Source of the DNA: a virus
Taxonomy: Duplodnaviria > Caudoviricetes
DNA length: 25,870 nt
Direction: 5' to 3' (one strand)
Virus record (IMG/VR): IMGVR_UViG_3300044472_000046
Location: 1 to 25,870 of that record
The notes beneath the pieces are model-generated. The model worked only from the letters and a program-made list of their open reading frames with translations, had not been told where the DNA came from and made no database searches. Made by a program: the position numbers and the translations under genes. This document shows positions 9,251 through 17,415 of this stretch, piece by piece (within the stretch, counting starts at the first letter, position 1; each line of letters opens with the position of its first letter).

Positions 9251-9757
9251 TTAGTCCGAGAAAGGAACGACAGGAGAGATCGTCCACGCCGACGCGAGTT
9301 CGTCCCCGTGGTCTGTCACATCGACCGAGAATGTCGTCGGCGAGGAGTCCACGCCCAGTGAGACTGTCGGCACGCTGTCAGGCCCCGGCACGCCGAGCGG
9401 CCGCGTCGTGACAGGGTAGGGCGGCGCTCCGGTGGTCGCGAGTGCGTAGTTCGTGAACCTCGGCTGCGAGTACAGCAGCGGCGCTGTCAAATAGGCCCGG
9501 TACGTCGTGTCGCCTGCGATCGTGCCGCGCGCTACATCAACGTCGGCCGTCCACGAGAGCCACTTGTCGTGCAGCAGGTAGATCGTGCGCACGAGGTCGG
9601 GATTCGCAAGGCCGAGCGTCGTGATGAACTGGCGCCATGAGCGCAAGTCGCCGGTCAACAGCTGCGCGTTCGTTGCATCCTGCGCAGCGTTGTCGGGGAG
9701 TGCCCGTGGCGTGACACGAGGTGCTTCGCCGCGAAACGATTCGATCGCGCGGCGCAT
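9251..9757 (-). CDS. Tail nozzle protein, N-terminal part (168 aa), ends at an in-frame TAA
   Basis: FRGEAPRVTPRALPDNAAQ…RTIY…WLSWTADVDV…LGVPGP is the N-terminus of the same nozzle family. TAATG overlap with the upstream gene. Confidence 0.75.
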   Translation of the reverse strand: MRRAIESFRGEAPRVTPRALPDNAAQDATNAQLLTGDLRSWRQFITTLGLANPDLVRTIYLLHDKWLSWTADVDVARGTIAGDTTYRAYLTAPLLYSQPRFTNYALATTGAPPYPVTTRPLGVPGPDSVPTVSLGVDSSPTTFSVDVTDHGDELASAWTISPVVPFSD

Positions 9758-10719
9758 TAGGAGTAAACCCCGTTGACGTACTGCACGCCGATCCGTCCGC
9801 TAGTGGAGTCGCTGATTTCAAGCGACATCACCGTACACACAGGCATTTCCCCGACACCGATCGAAAGCGTAGCCGCTAGCGCGCCATCGATGAGCAACTC
9901 CACCGTCTGCCCTAGATTGCTGACCCGCACTGCGTAGTCGTGGGGCGCTGTCGGGTTACTCACCGGAATGCTACCCGTGTCATACCCGGTCACTGCGGTG
10001 GTGACAGAGGCCCCTGCATTCAGTACGCCGGAACTCAAGTACACGTAGATGTTGGGGCCGCGCAAAGTAGCTGTGCTGTCCCATGCATTGAGTGAGACAT
10101 AGGGGTCGTCGTTCGTTGTCAGCGAAGTGACGCCAAGCCCGAAAGTAAACCCTGTGGATGCTATCGGGGCCCCTGAGGGATCGCTGAAGTAGTCTCCCGC
10201 GGTGTTAATTTGCACGCTGCCGCTACCATCAAGCTCGACAGCTGCATTTACGGGGCCGCCGCCCATGTCGACCCACGAGGCACCGACTTCGCCGACGTGA
10301 CTTGCAAGCCCTCCTGCAGCCCCCGTGAAGGTGTCGTACAGGAACGCTGCCGAGAGAGTTGGTGCGGTGCCGGAGAGCGCTAAAGCGCCGACACCGGGCG
10401 CTGCGGCCAACGGCACTTGTACGCTCGGCGCCAACGTTGCCAGTCCCAATGCCGCAACCTGCGGTTGCACAACTACGTTCATGCCGAGGACCGCGGCGGG
10501 CGCATCGCTGCTCAGCCCCAAGCTGCCGGCATCGGGGCTAGCAGATCGGCTTGCAAGAACCGTGGGCGCGCTGCCGGAGAGTGCCAGAACCCCCGGGAAA
10601 GTACCGGCGGTGCTAGGCAGAATCGGGGCGAAGCAAGCTAGGCTCAACGTACCCGTCGGTACGGCCAACGCTACATTGTGCAACCCGCGCGCAACGACAC
10701 CAGCAAATGCAGTACGCAT
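9757..10719 (-). CDS. Fibre/receptor-binding-like protein: five PxxGxLxLxxxAP repeats plus a beta-rich (lectin/ConA-like) C-terminal domain (320 aa)
   Basis: Repeats visible at about residues 19-125. The C-terminal half is beta-rich (YDTFTG…HDYAVRVSNLGQTVELLIDG). The lectin-like fold is inferred. Confidence 0.65.
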   Translation of the reverse strand: MRTAFAGVVARGLHNVALAVPTGTLSLACFAPILPSTAGTFPGVLALSGSAPTVLASRSASPDAGSLGLSSDAPAAVLGMNVVVQPQVAALGLATLAPSVQVPLAAAPGVGALALSGTAPTLSAAFLYDTFTGAAGGLASHVGEVGASWVDMGGGPVNAAVELDGSGSVQINTAGDYFSDPSGAPIASTGFTFGLGVTSLTTNDDPYVSLNAWDSTATLRGPNIYVYLSSGVLNAGASVTTAVTGYDTGSIPVSNPTAPHDYAVRVSNLGQTVELLIDGALAATLSIGVGEMPVCTVMSLEISDSTSGRIGVQYVNGVYS

Positions 10720-10723
10720 GCCG

Positions 10724-11272
10724 TCACCCCGCCGCTAAGTCCCCGGCCAGGAGCCAGGTATCAACGCCGATACGAATGAGTGAGGCTGCTGCGTATCGCC
10801 CGGCCAGTTGCGCGCTAAGCCCGGTTCGGATCTGCAACGTAACCCCGCCGGATGCTGTCACTGTCACCGCCCCGGAGCCCCCTGCGGCTAGCAGTATGGA
10901 ACCTGTATCTGATGGCGTCAGCCCCATACCCGCATCCGTACCGACGTTGAGCGTCGCTGAGTAGCTGACTGAAGAGTTCGTTCGGACCCCGTTGTTCAGA
11001 TCGCTCGCGCTGAGGTTGTACGTCGTATCGGGGGATACCGTGTTCCATGAAAACGAAGGCGCTGAGCCACCGCCGGGGATATCGACGGTTACCTTATTCG
11101 CGTTCTCGCCGGTTCCGCGTGTCGCCGTGACGCCAGCGCCTGTGAAGTCGACGACTTCCGCATCAGCCCCGCCCAGGGCCGTACCTTCATCCTGAAACTG
11201 GATGAAGTTCGGGAAGCCGTCGTCGGTCTGCGGCGGAAAGTCAGAAACCGGCGTGATGCCGAAGGTTGCCAT
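10724..11272 (-). CDS. Short tail fibre/adapter-like protein (182 aa)
   Basis: IQFQDEG…VDFTGAGVTAT motif and a C-terminal YNLSASD…GAVTVTASGGVTL…YAAASLIRIGVDTWLLAGDL domain, both common in phage fibre proteins. Confidence 0.65.
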   Translation of the reverse strand: MATFGITPVSDFPPQTDDGFPNFIQFQDEGTALGGADAEVVDFTGAGVTATRGTGENANKVTVDIPGGGSAPSFSWNTVSPDTTYNLSASDLNNGVRTNSSVSYSATLNVGTDAGMGLTPSDTGSILLAAGGSGAVTVTASGGVTLQIRTGLSAQLAGRYAAASLIRIGVDTWLLAGDLAAG

Positions 11273-11275
11273 CGC

Positions 11276-11920
11276 TCACCTCACGAAGGGGCGCGGGCGC
11301 ACGCGCACCGAACCGGTGTTGAATGACCGCTGTACTTCGGCCTTCGCGTTGCTCACGCCGGCTTGAAATTCCTTCTGGCGGCGCACCGATTCAATCGGGT
11401 TCGTCCACGGCTGCTTAGGGATGCAGTAGAGGTACGACAGCGCGCCGGCCTCGACCGCTGAGCGGTACTTCACGAGCCCAGACTGTGGGATCTGCACTGC
11501 GTCTTCCTTGGGCTGCACGATGACCGTGACCAACAGGTTGTACACGCCGTTGGGTAGCGGGTCGAGCGCGATCTGCGCCTGGGGGATGTAGCAGTAGCGC
11601 ACCGGCATGCCGGCCGGCATGTTCGGATCCCACTGCGATGAATCGCTGGTGACGATCGGCCACTGCTGCAACTGGCCACCGATGACTTGACTGCCCGACA
11701 CGGCGCGCACAGCCACGATATCGAGGTAGGGGTCGCTGCCGAGGTCGTACTGCCGCGTGTCAGCGACGGTCGCGCCCGCAATCGCGAGCCGCAGGTACTG
11801 GCTCTGGCACGCCCAGTCACGGTACGCTCGAGCAAAGGCCCGGGCCAGCGTGATCGTGGGGCAGCGCTGAACGATCTGGGCGAGATTCGCTACTTGGTCG
11901 TTGACGTTGACCATGTTCAT
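11276..11920 (-). CDS. Head-tail adaptor/tail tubular A-like protein (214 aa, starts MNMVNVNDQ)
   Basis: ATGA overlap at 11917-11920. GALSYLYCIPKQPWTNP and LDPLPNGVYNLLV motifs. Position between capsid and nozzle genes. Confidence 0.7.
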   Translation of the reverse strand: MNMVNVNDQVANLAQIVQRCPTITLARAFARAYRDWACQSQYLRLAIAGATVADTRQYDLGSDPYLDIVAVRAVSGSQVIGGQLQQWPIVTSDSSQWDPNMPAGMPVRYCYIPQAQIALDPLPNGVYNLLVTVIVQPKEDAVQIPQSGLVKYRSAVEAGALSYLYCIPKQPWTNPIESVRRQKEFQAGVSNAKAEVQRSFNTGSVRVRPRPFVR

Positions 11921-12561
11921 GCGTCGCCCTCGGTCACATTCACCTTCGGCGCGACGGCGACCTGGGCCTTCGACTTCATGCCGATGAGCATGCCCCACTG
12001 CTGCATGTAGCTCGCGCTCTTGGCGAGGTCTTGCTTCTTGCTGTTCTTGGCGTAGGCCTTGCCGAGCACGTAGTTGGTGAGCGGCGCCTGGTAGTTGTCG
12101 GTGACGGGGATGTCCTCGCCGCTCGAGCCGCTGAGTGCGGCCGGCACGGCGCCGTACAGGATCTGCACGCTGCCGGTACCGTCATTGGGCGGGAAGACTT
12201 TGAAGCGCGTCGGCGCCCGCGGGTCGGCCGTGAAGTGCTCGACTTCGGCCTGCTGCGTGGCGCGCGGCCACAGGCGGTTCGCTCCGTCGAGCAGGGCGTC
12301 GTCGACTTGACTGACGACACGCCCCGTGCTGTTCTGGTCGATGTCGAGCAGCGCGATGCCCCCGGCCGGCAACTGCTGCGTGTTGCCTGCAACGAGCGTG
12401 ACGTATTCCTGCACCGTGAACATCTCGGGCTTGACGTTGGCCGTGGCGGTCAACGCCTCGTTCAGGTAGCCCACGAGCTCGCTGCGCGACCAGGTGCGAC
12501 GGGAACGGTCCAACAGCGTGGCGCTCACGCTATCGAGGATCGTTTCCGTCGAGATCGACAT
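11917..12561 (-). CDS. Head-tail adaptor protein, DUF6682-like (214 aa)
   Basis: LLD…WSRSELVGYLNEA…KP, LVAGNTQQLP, FKVFPP and LTNYVLGKAYAK motifs. The family name is recalled. Confidence 0.7.
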   Translation of the reverse strand: MSISTETILDSVSATLLDRSRRTWSRSELVGYLNEALTATANVKPEMFTVQEYVTLVAGNTQQLPAGGIALLDIDQNSTGRVVSQVDDALLDGANRLWPRATQQAEVEHFTADPRAPTRFKVFPPNDGTGSVQILYGAVPAALSGSSGEDIPVTDNYQAPLTNYVLGKAYAKNSKKQDLAKSASYMQQWGMLIGMKSKAQVAVAPKVNVTEGDA

Positions 12562-12562
12562 G

Positions 12563-12997
12563 TCAGGCCAGATCCACGCCGGCAGCGCGCGCCACGGCGT
12601 GACGCAGGGCAGTCAGGTGGCCGTTCGGGTCGAGCTTCACGTCGGGATAGTTTTCGCGGGCGAAGGTCACCAGTTCCTCGCGCGACGCCTTCATGATCTC
12701 GAACGGTTCGAGCGGCAGAGCATCCTCGACGCTCGGCGCGCGCAGCCCGCTCGTGGCCAGCCAACGCATGCGCTCGGCGTGCGTCGCCTTCAGGTCGCCG
12801 GTATAGACGCGGTACTTCGGGTGCGCGGGGATCGCCGGCTCTTTGCGGTCAGCGCTGCCGACACGCCCAGCGAGCCGCGGAACGTTCGGCATTAGGCGGC
12901 CGTCATCTATGTTGATGAGCATGGGGTGGCGCTTGTCCTGGCGGTTGCGATTGCGCTGGGCCTCAGCGAGACGCATTTCGACGGCTTCGGAGATCAT
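12563..12997 (-). CDS. Hypothetical protein (144 aa)
   Basis: RBS GAGGA upstream; tiles exactly between the terminator and the adaptor gene. Confidence 0.7.
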   Translation of the reverse strand: MISEAVEMRLAEAQRNRNRQDKRHPMLINIDDGRLMPNVPRLAGRVGSADRKEPAIPAHPKYRVYTGDLKATHAERMRWLATSGLRAPSVEDALPLEPFEIMKASREELVTFARENYPDVKLDPNGHLTALRHAVARAAGVDLA

Positions 12998-13030
12998 GAG
13001 TCGTTCCTCGGTTGATCGGTTGGGTGTTGG

Positions 13031-13055
13031 AAAACCGGCGCCCGCAGGCGCCGGT
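13031..13055 (-). terminator. Intrinsic terminator-like hairpin
   Basis: Minus strand ACCGGCGCC-TGCG-GGCGCCGGT-TTT: perfect 9-bp stem with a short U tract. Confidence 0.65.
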
Positions 13056-13072
13056 CACTGGCTTTCGGGTGG

Positions 13073-13270
13073 TCAGGAACCGCTCGGGCCGCCAGGGGTG
13101 TAGGCCGGGCGCTTCATCTTGCCCGCCTCGCCGTTGCTCTGGCCGGGGCCGAGGGGCGGATTCGGGTAGCGGGCCTTCGCCTTGCCGCCCGCCTGCGACT
13201 GTTCCTTCTGGATGGTCGCGGGCGGTACGAGCACGTCGTAGTTCGCGCCGTAGGGGTTCTTCGTCTTCAT
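13073..13270 (-). CDS. Small basic Pro/Gly-rich protein after the capsid gene (65 aa)
   Basis: RBS CAGGAG 7 nt before the ATG; flanked by two hairpins. Confidence 0.7.
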   Translation of the reverse strand: MKTKNPYGANYDVLVPPATIQKEQSQAGGKAKARYPNPPLGPGQSNGEAGKMKRPAYTPGGPSGS

Positions 13271-13301
13271 GGGTCAACTCCTGTTGAATTGCGAGACGGA
13301 C

Positions 13302-13330
13302 AAGACGAGGGCCTTGTGAGCCCTCATCTT
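13302..13330 (-). terminator. Stem-loop just after the capsid stop (partial terminator or mRNA stabiliser)
   Basis: AAGATGAGGGC-TCACAAG-GCCCTCGTCTT: 11-bp stem with one G-U pair and no strong U tract. Confidence 0.45.
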
Positions 13331-13337
13331 ACCCGCT

Positions 13338-14270
13338 TCAGGCACGCTTGACGACGGCAGTGCCGACGTAGTTCGGGCCGATCACTTGGAAGCCGAAGAC
13401 CATGAGGCCGCGGATGATGTACCCGAAGTCATTCGGGTTGTCGATCATCTGGCACTCGACGATCTGGGCCGCGAAGGTCAGGCCTGCGCTGTGGCCGAAC
13501 ATGCAGTAGCTCGCCGGGCCGGGGCTCGACTGCGTGAGCAGGTTGCGGCTCTGGTACATGGTGAAGCGATCGATCTCGCCCACCTTGCCGTTGCGCAGGA
13601 TCGACACACCGTCACCCGCCAGGGAGGCGATGCGCAGATCGGACTTCTTAATCAGCGCGATCATCCACGGCGGGGCGACGAACCAGCGGCCCTCGTCGGA
13701 CACGTTCTGCTCGTCGAGCACCGTGCCGCAATCAACGATGAACTCGACCACAGAGGTCTTGTCCAGCGCGACCGGCGAGGTCGAGTCGCCGAGGTTGATG
13801 TTGCCCGAGTCGGCTCCGGCGCTGTGCCCCGCGTTCTGCGCGGACACCTCGGCCGGAATGGTCGTGAGCATGTCCGCGTCCGCGGCGATGCGCAGCTGGA
13901 TCGAACCGTCGTTGGCGAAGACATCGGCCAGGTCCAGGTCGGACTGGCGCGAGTCGACGGTCGACAGCGCGACGGCGAACGACTTCGCCTGGTTGATCGC
14001 GAGCGTGACGGAGTTGTTGGTCGGGTACTGGGGCGACAGGCCCGCGCCGATCACGTAGTCACTGATCGTGATGTCCGGGATCGTGCGAATCTTGACCTGC
14101 GCGCCGAAGCCCGCGATCTCGCCTTCGTAGTCCGTCGAGGCGATTTCGCCGAAAACGGTGGTCTTGTAGAACTTCTCGACCAGCTTGCCCGAATAGATTT
14201 CGGGGTCGAAATTGATGGTACCCGCCGGACCGTAGTCGGGGATACCCGATGCGCGAGGAACGCCACTCAT
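13338..14270 (-). CDS. Major capsid protein (310 aa)
   Basis: FDPEIYSGKLVEKFY…TDYEGEI…GAQVKIRT, LDEQNVSDEGRWFVAPP, NGKVGEIDRFTMYQS and FGYIIRGLMVFG motifs. RBS CAGGAG. Follows the scaffold gene. Confidence 0.92.
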   Translation of the reverse strand: MSGVPRASGIPDYGPAGTINFDPEIYSGKLVEKFYKTTVFGEIASTDYEGEIAGFGAQVKIRTIPDITISDYVIGAGLSPQYPTNNSVTLAINQAKSFAVALSTVDSRQSDLDLADVFANDGSIQLRIAADADMLTTIPAEVSAQNAGHSAGADSGNINLGDSTSPVALDKTSVVEFIVDCGTVLDEQNVSDEGRWFVAPPWMIALIKKSDLRIASLAGDGVSILRNGKVGEIDRFTMYQSRNLLTQSSPGPASYCMFGHSAGLTFAAQIVECQMIDNPNDFGYIIRGLMVFGFQVIGPNYVGTAVVKRA

Positions 14271-14298
14271 GGTTTTCTCCTGAAGAGTGCGTTACCGG

Positions 14299-15255
14299 TC
14301 ACCTACCGGCATGGAGCTTCAGCCGCGCCTCGAACTCTTTCCGTTCCGGATCCTTGACCTTGCCGAGTGCAGAGCGCTTGTAGAAGTCGCGCTTCTCTGC
14401 CGCCGTGAGCGGCCGCGCCATCTCTGCTGCGGGGGCCGGCAATTCGCCCGAAGGCGCGTTGCCCGTCCCCCGCGGCGCAACCGGCGGTGCCGGCGGCGCT
14501 TTGCTGGCCTTGTACGACTGGAACATCTTTGCGACCTTGGTCGCGTCCAACGCCCCGACGTGGCGGTCCAGCAGCTCTTGGCGCTGCAGTTGCGAGTGCT
14601 CGTCATCCTGCGCAAGCCACGCCTTCCACTCGTCGGCGGCATCGATCTCAGCGTAGTCCGGCACGAGCTCGGCGAGCTTGTCCACGAACTGCGTCTTGCG
14701 ATCGGTCACGGCCTGGGCGGCATCCGCGGCTTGGCGGTCACGAAGCGGCTTGATTTCCGCGTCGATCGCACTGCGAACCGTCGTCTGCGCGGCCTTCAGG
14801 GCCGTGGCCGCCATCGTGCGGCACTCATCCTCGCCCAAGGCTTGCACCTGTTCGGCCGTGAAGAACTGGCCGAGGTCGATGCTTGCGTCCGCAGGCGGGG
14901 TAGCGTTGGCTTGCAGGGTGCGAACTTGCTCCTGCAACTCGGTCAACCGGCGATTGAAGCCTTCTTGCTCCGCGCGCCGTTCGCCGCGTTCCTTGTTCAG
15001 CACGCCGGCTGTCACATTGAAACGCTGCTTCCAGTAGGCCGGGTCGCTCTCGCGGGGGTCTGCCGGGGGTTGCGGGGGAGGTGTCGGGTCACCGGTGGTC
15101 GCAGCCTGTGCGCTCGGCTCGGCCGGCGGCGCGTTCGGGTCTGCGGGATCGGTCTTCGGTTCGGTGCGTGCTTTGATGCGGTCCTCAATCGCTGCGGAAC
15201 GCTTCAGGACGGCCCGAGGAAGACGGGTTTCGTTCGTGGCTTGGGAAGCCTGCAT
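14299..15255 (-). CDS. Capsid scaffolding protein (318 aa)
   Basis: Pro-rich acidic N-terminus, WKQRF..AG followed by a coiled coil, LVPDYAEID..EWKAWL. Directly before the capsid gene, RBS GGAGA. Confidence 0.8.
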   Translation of the reverse strand: MQASQATNETRLPRAVLKRSAAIEDRIKARTEPKTDPADPNAPPAEPSAQAATTGDPTPPPQPPADPRESDPAYWKQRFNVTAGVLNKERGERRAEQEGFNRRLTELQEQVRTLQANATPPADASIDLGQFFTAEQVQALGEDECRTMAATALKAAQTTVRSAIDAEIKPLRDRQAADAAQAVTDRKTQFVDKLAELVPDYAEIDAADEWKAWLAQDDEHSQLQRQELLDRHVGALDATKVAKMFQSYKASKAPPAPPVAPRGTGNAPSGELPAPAAEMARPLTAAEKRDFYKRSALGKVKDPERKEFEARLKLHAGR

Positions 15256-15336
15256 ATGGGTCTCTCCACGATCCGTGGCTACCAGCGATGGCGCCAGGGG
15301 GTTCGCACACGGGATGCAGGGCGCGGTTCCCGAAAA

Positions 15337-15594
15337 TCACGCAGCTCGACGCGACGGTGAGGTGACCGTTGAAATGCTGCGGGTAATGCGTTGCTGAGCT
15401 TCGGTGATGTCGGCGATCAACTCATCGAGCTCCAGTGCGCGGCCCTGCTGCCGGTGAACCTCTTCACCGACAGAGGTGCGCAGCTTGGATTCACGTTCCT
15501 TCAGCTTCGCGTCGTAGATGCTGAGCAGCATCTGGCCTTCCGGTGATTTCGAAAACCGGGCCATGAAAGCCAGTTGATCGCCGCTCAATCGCAT
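15337..15594 (-). CDS. Small conserved head-module protein (85 aa, Bbp19-like position)
   Basis: F.KSPEGQ.LL…HRQQGRA..L pattern of the small helical protein usually found between portal and scaffold in podoviruses. Confidence 0.7.
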   Translation of the reverse strand: MRLSGDQLAFMARFSKSPEGQMLLSIYDAKLKERESKLRTSVGEEVHRQQGRALELDELIADITEAQQRITRSISTVTSPSRRAA

Positions 15595-15601
15595 GGTCGC
15601 G

Positions 15602-15630
15602 AGTGTACCTGCGGATCAGTCGTCAAGCAA
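15602..15630 (-). promoter_or_regulatory. Sigma70-like promoter, likely leaderless transcript
   Basis: TTGCTT (15630-15625), 17-nt spacer, TACACT (15607-15602), 7 nt, then ATG at 15594. No SD before that ATG. Confidence 0.5.
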
Positions 15631-17403
15631 AAGTCGGGCCGCGATCTCTTTGGCGCGGCGTTCATTTTTGCTCTGAAGTTCCTGTGCCGCGACAGTTCTT
15701 GCTTGCTCATCGCGAAGCCGCGAGATTTCAGCCTGTAGCACCTTGAGCATCGTCTGGTTCTCTGCGTGCTGAGAGTCGAGGCGGGCTTGGTTCTCGGCAT
15801 GCTGCTCGGCCAAGGATGCCTGGTGCTCAGCGTGCAATGCGCGCATGAGTTCCTGCACAGTCGTGCGGCTGAGGGTTGCTTCTTCGCGCACCACGGCAAT
15901 CGCATCCGCCACGCGCCGCTCGACTTCTCGCGCCGGGGGCGTGGGCTTGGGCGCAGGTGCTGGTGCCTCAGCGATAGGTTCCGGCGGCGGCGGTTGCTTC
16001 TTCGACTGCGGCGCCAGCGGTGCGTCGTTCGGGTAGAGCGACAACGCACTGAGTAGACCGTGCGCACGAGGCGGCGGGACCACCGCATCGGGCATGTTCG
16101 TGATGTCGGCCGGCAGCGGCGGCTTCTCGAGCGAGACTTCCTTCTTGAGCGGTCGGAACTTTACGTTGCCGCCCAGGAACTTCGCGCTGAGCACGCCTTC
16201 GCCGCCGGTTGTCTGGACCGTCGGCTCGCCGCCGGTGAGGCTCAGCGCACCGGCCGGAACATCCACGGCTACGGAGCCCGTGAGCGCGGGTGCGAAACCT
16301 TGCAGCTGCAGCGCCCCGGCCGCGGGCTGCACGGCTTGGTTGTCGCTTTGAGAGACCGTCGGCGCGACGCCAGCGAGCACGAGTGCGCCGGCCCCCGGCT
16401 GCACTGCGGAGTCGAGCGAGACCGTCGGTGCGATACCGGTGATCACGAGCGCGCCGGCCGCCGGCTGCACTTCGAAGTCCGTCGAGATCGCTGGCGCCAG
16501 GCCGGCGAGCGCGAGCGCCCCGGCATCCGGCAGCACCGAAACATCGGTGAGCAGCGCGGGTGCCGCACCGACGAGGGTGAGGCTGCCGGCGTCCGGCTGC
16601 ACGACATGTGCATCGCCGTTCAGCACCGCTGGTGACTGCCCCTCTAGGGTCAGCGTACCTGCGTCCGGCGCGATGCGAAAGTCGGTGAGCAGCACGGGGA
16701 CCGTGCCGTCGAGGGTGAGTGCGCCGACGCCAGGGTACACGCCGATGTCGGTCGAGAGCGCGGGCGCCAAGCCAGCGAGCGACAGCACGCCCGCATCCGG
16801 CTGCACTGCGAAATCGGTCGAGAGCGCTGGCGCCAGGCCGGCGAGAACGAGCGCCCCGGCATCCGGCTGCGCTACAGAACCTCCAGCCAGGGCTGGCGCA
16901 AGCCCGCTGAGCACCAGCGAACCGGCGCCAGGTTGAACGGCGAAATCGGTCGACAGTACCGGCGCGAGGCCGCTGAAAACAAGGGTGCCCGTATCGGGGT
17001 AGGCAACGGTGCCGATGACGGTAGCAGGAGCGGCCCCCGCTAGTACAAGTGCTCCTGCTCCAGGGTAGGCAACGGTGCCGATGACGGTAGCAGGAGCGGC
17101 CCCCGCTAGTACAAGTGCTCCTGCTCCAGGGTAGGCGACGGTGCCGATGACGGTAGCAGGAGCGGCCCCCGCTAGTACAAGTGCTCCTGCTCCAGGGTAG
17201 GCAACGGTGCCGATGACGGTAGCAGGCGCAAGGCCGGCGAGCACCAGCGCGCCCGCATTCGGTTGCATCGCGAAGTCGATCGACAGTACCGGTGCGAGGC
17301 CGCTGAAAACAAGGGTGCCCGTACCAGGCTGCGCCGTAACAGAACCCGCCGCTGTCGGCAGGCTCGAGATCGGACTATCCGAGATCGGAGTGAAGCCGAG
17401 CAC
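15616..17403 (-). CDS. Repeat fibre/scaffold protein with 17 ~22-aa PxxGxLxLxGxAP repeats, Pro-rich linker and C-terminal coiled coil (595 aa)
   Basis: GTG start with AAGGAG RBS; N-terminal MLGFTPISDSPISSL. Repeats counted by eye. Ends …RAKEIAARLLLDD. Confidence 0.85.
   Translation of the reverse strand: MLGFTPISDSPISSLPTAAGSVTAQPGTGTLVFSGLAPVLSIDFAMQPNAGALVLAGLAPATVIGTVAYPGAGALVLAGAAPATVIGTVAYPGAGALVLAGAAPATVIGTVAYPGAGALVLAGAAPATVIGTVAYPDTGTLVFSGLAPVLSTDFAVQPGAGSLVLSGLAPALAGGSVAQPDAGALVLAGLAPALSTDFAVQPDAGVLSLAGLAPALSTDIGVYPGVGALTLDGTVPVLLTDFRIAPDAGTLTLEGQSPAVLNGDAHVVQPDAGSLTLVGAAPALLTDVSVLPDAGALALAGLAPAISTDFEVQPAAGALVITGIAPTVSLDSAVQPGAGALVLAGVAPTVSQSDNQAVQPAAGALQLQGFAPALTGSVAVDVPAGALSLTGGEPTVQTTGGEGVLSAKFLGGNVKFRPLKKEVSLEKPPLPADITNMPDAVVPPPRAHGLLSALSLYPNDAPLAPQSKKQPPPPEPIAEAPAPAPKPTPPAREVERRVADAIAVVREEATLSRTTVQELMRALHAEHQASLAEQHAENQARLDSQHAENQTMLKVLQAEISRLRDEQARTVAAQELQSKNERRAKEIAARLLLDD
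16950..17323. repeat. 44-bp direct repeat pair (16950-16993 and 17280-17323, one mismatch) bracketing the tandem array
   Basis: tcgacagtaccggYgcgaggccgctgaaaacaagggtgcccgta occurs twice, 330 bp (5 x 66) apart. Confidence 0.9.
16997..17226. repeat. 66-bp tandem repeat, ~3.5 near-identical copies (AYPGAGALVLAGAAPATVIGTV)
   Basis: Units start at 16997, 17063, 17129 and 17195, with one substitution at 17137. Confidence 0.95.
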
Positions 17404-17415
17404 GGCTTGGTCTCC

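Noticed and set aside
9251-9253. Alternative genetic code (stop reassignment)
   Set aside because: Only one gene is interrupted; TAA, TGA and TAG all end other well-tiled genes.
13386-15360. Plus-strand ORFs of 323 aa and 357 aa
   Set aside because: Antisense to the capsid and scaffold genes.
16997-17226. Possible CRISPR array
   Set aside because: No unique spacers; the 66-bp unit is an in-frame coding repeat.
16950-17323. Possible DGR template/variable repeat pair
   Set aside because: Both copies are inside one gene, only 44 bp long with a single difference, and no reverse transcriptase is in the window.
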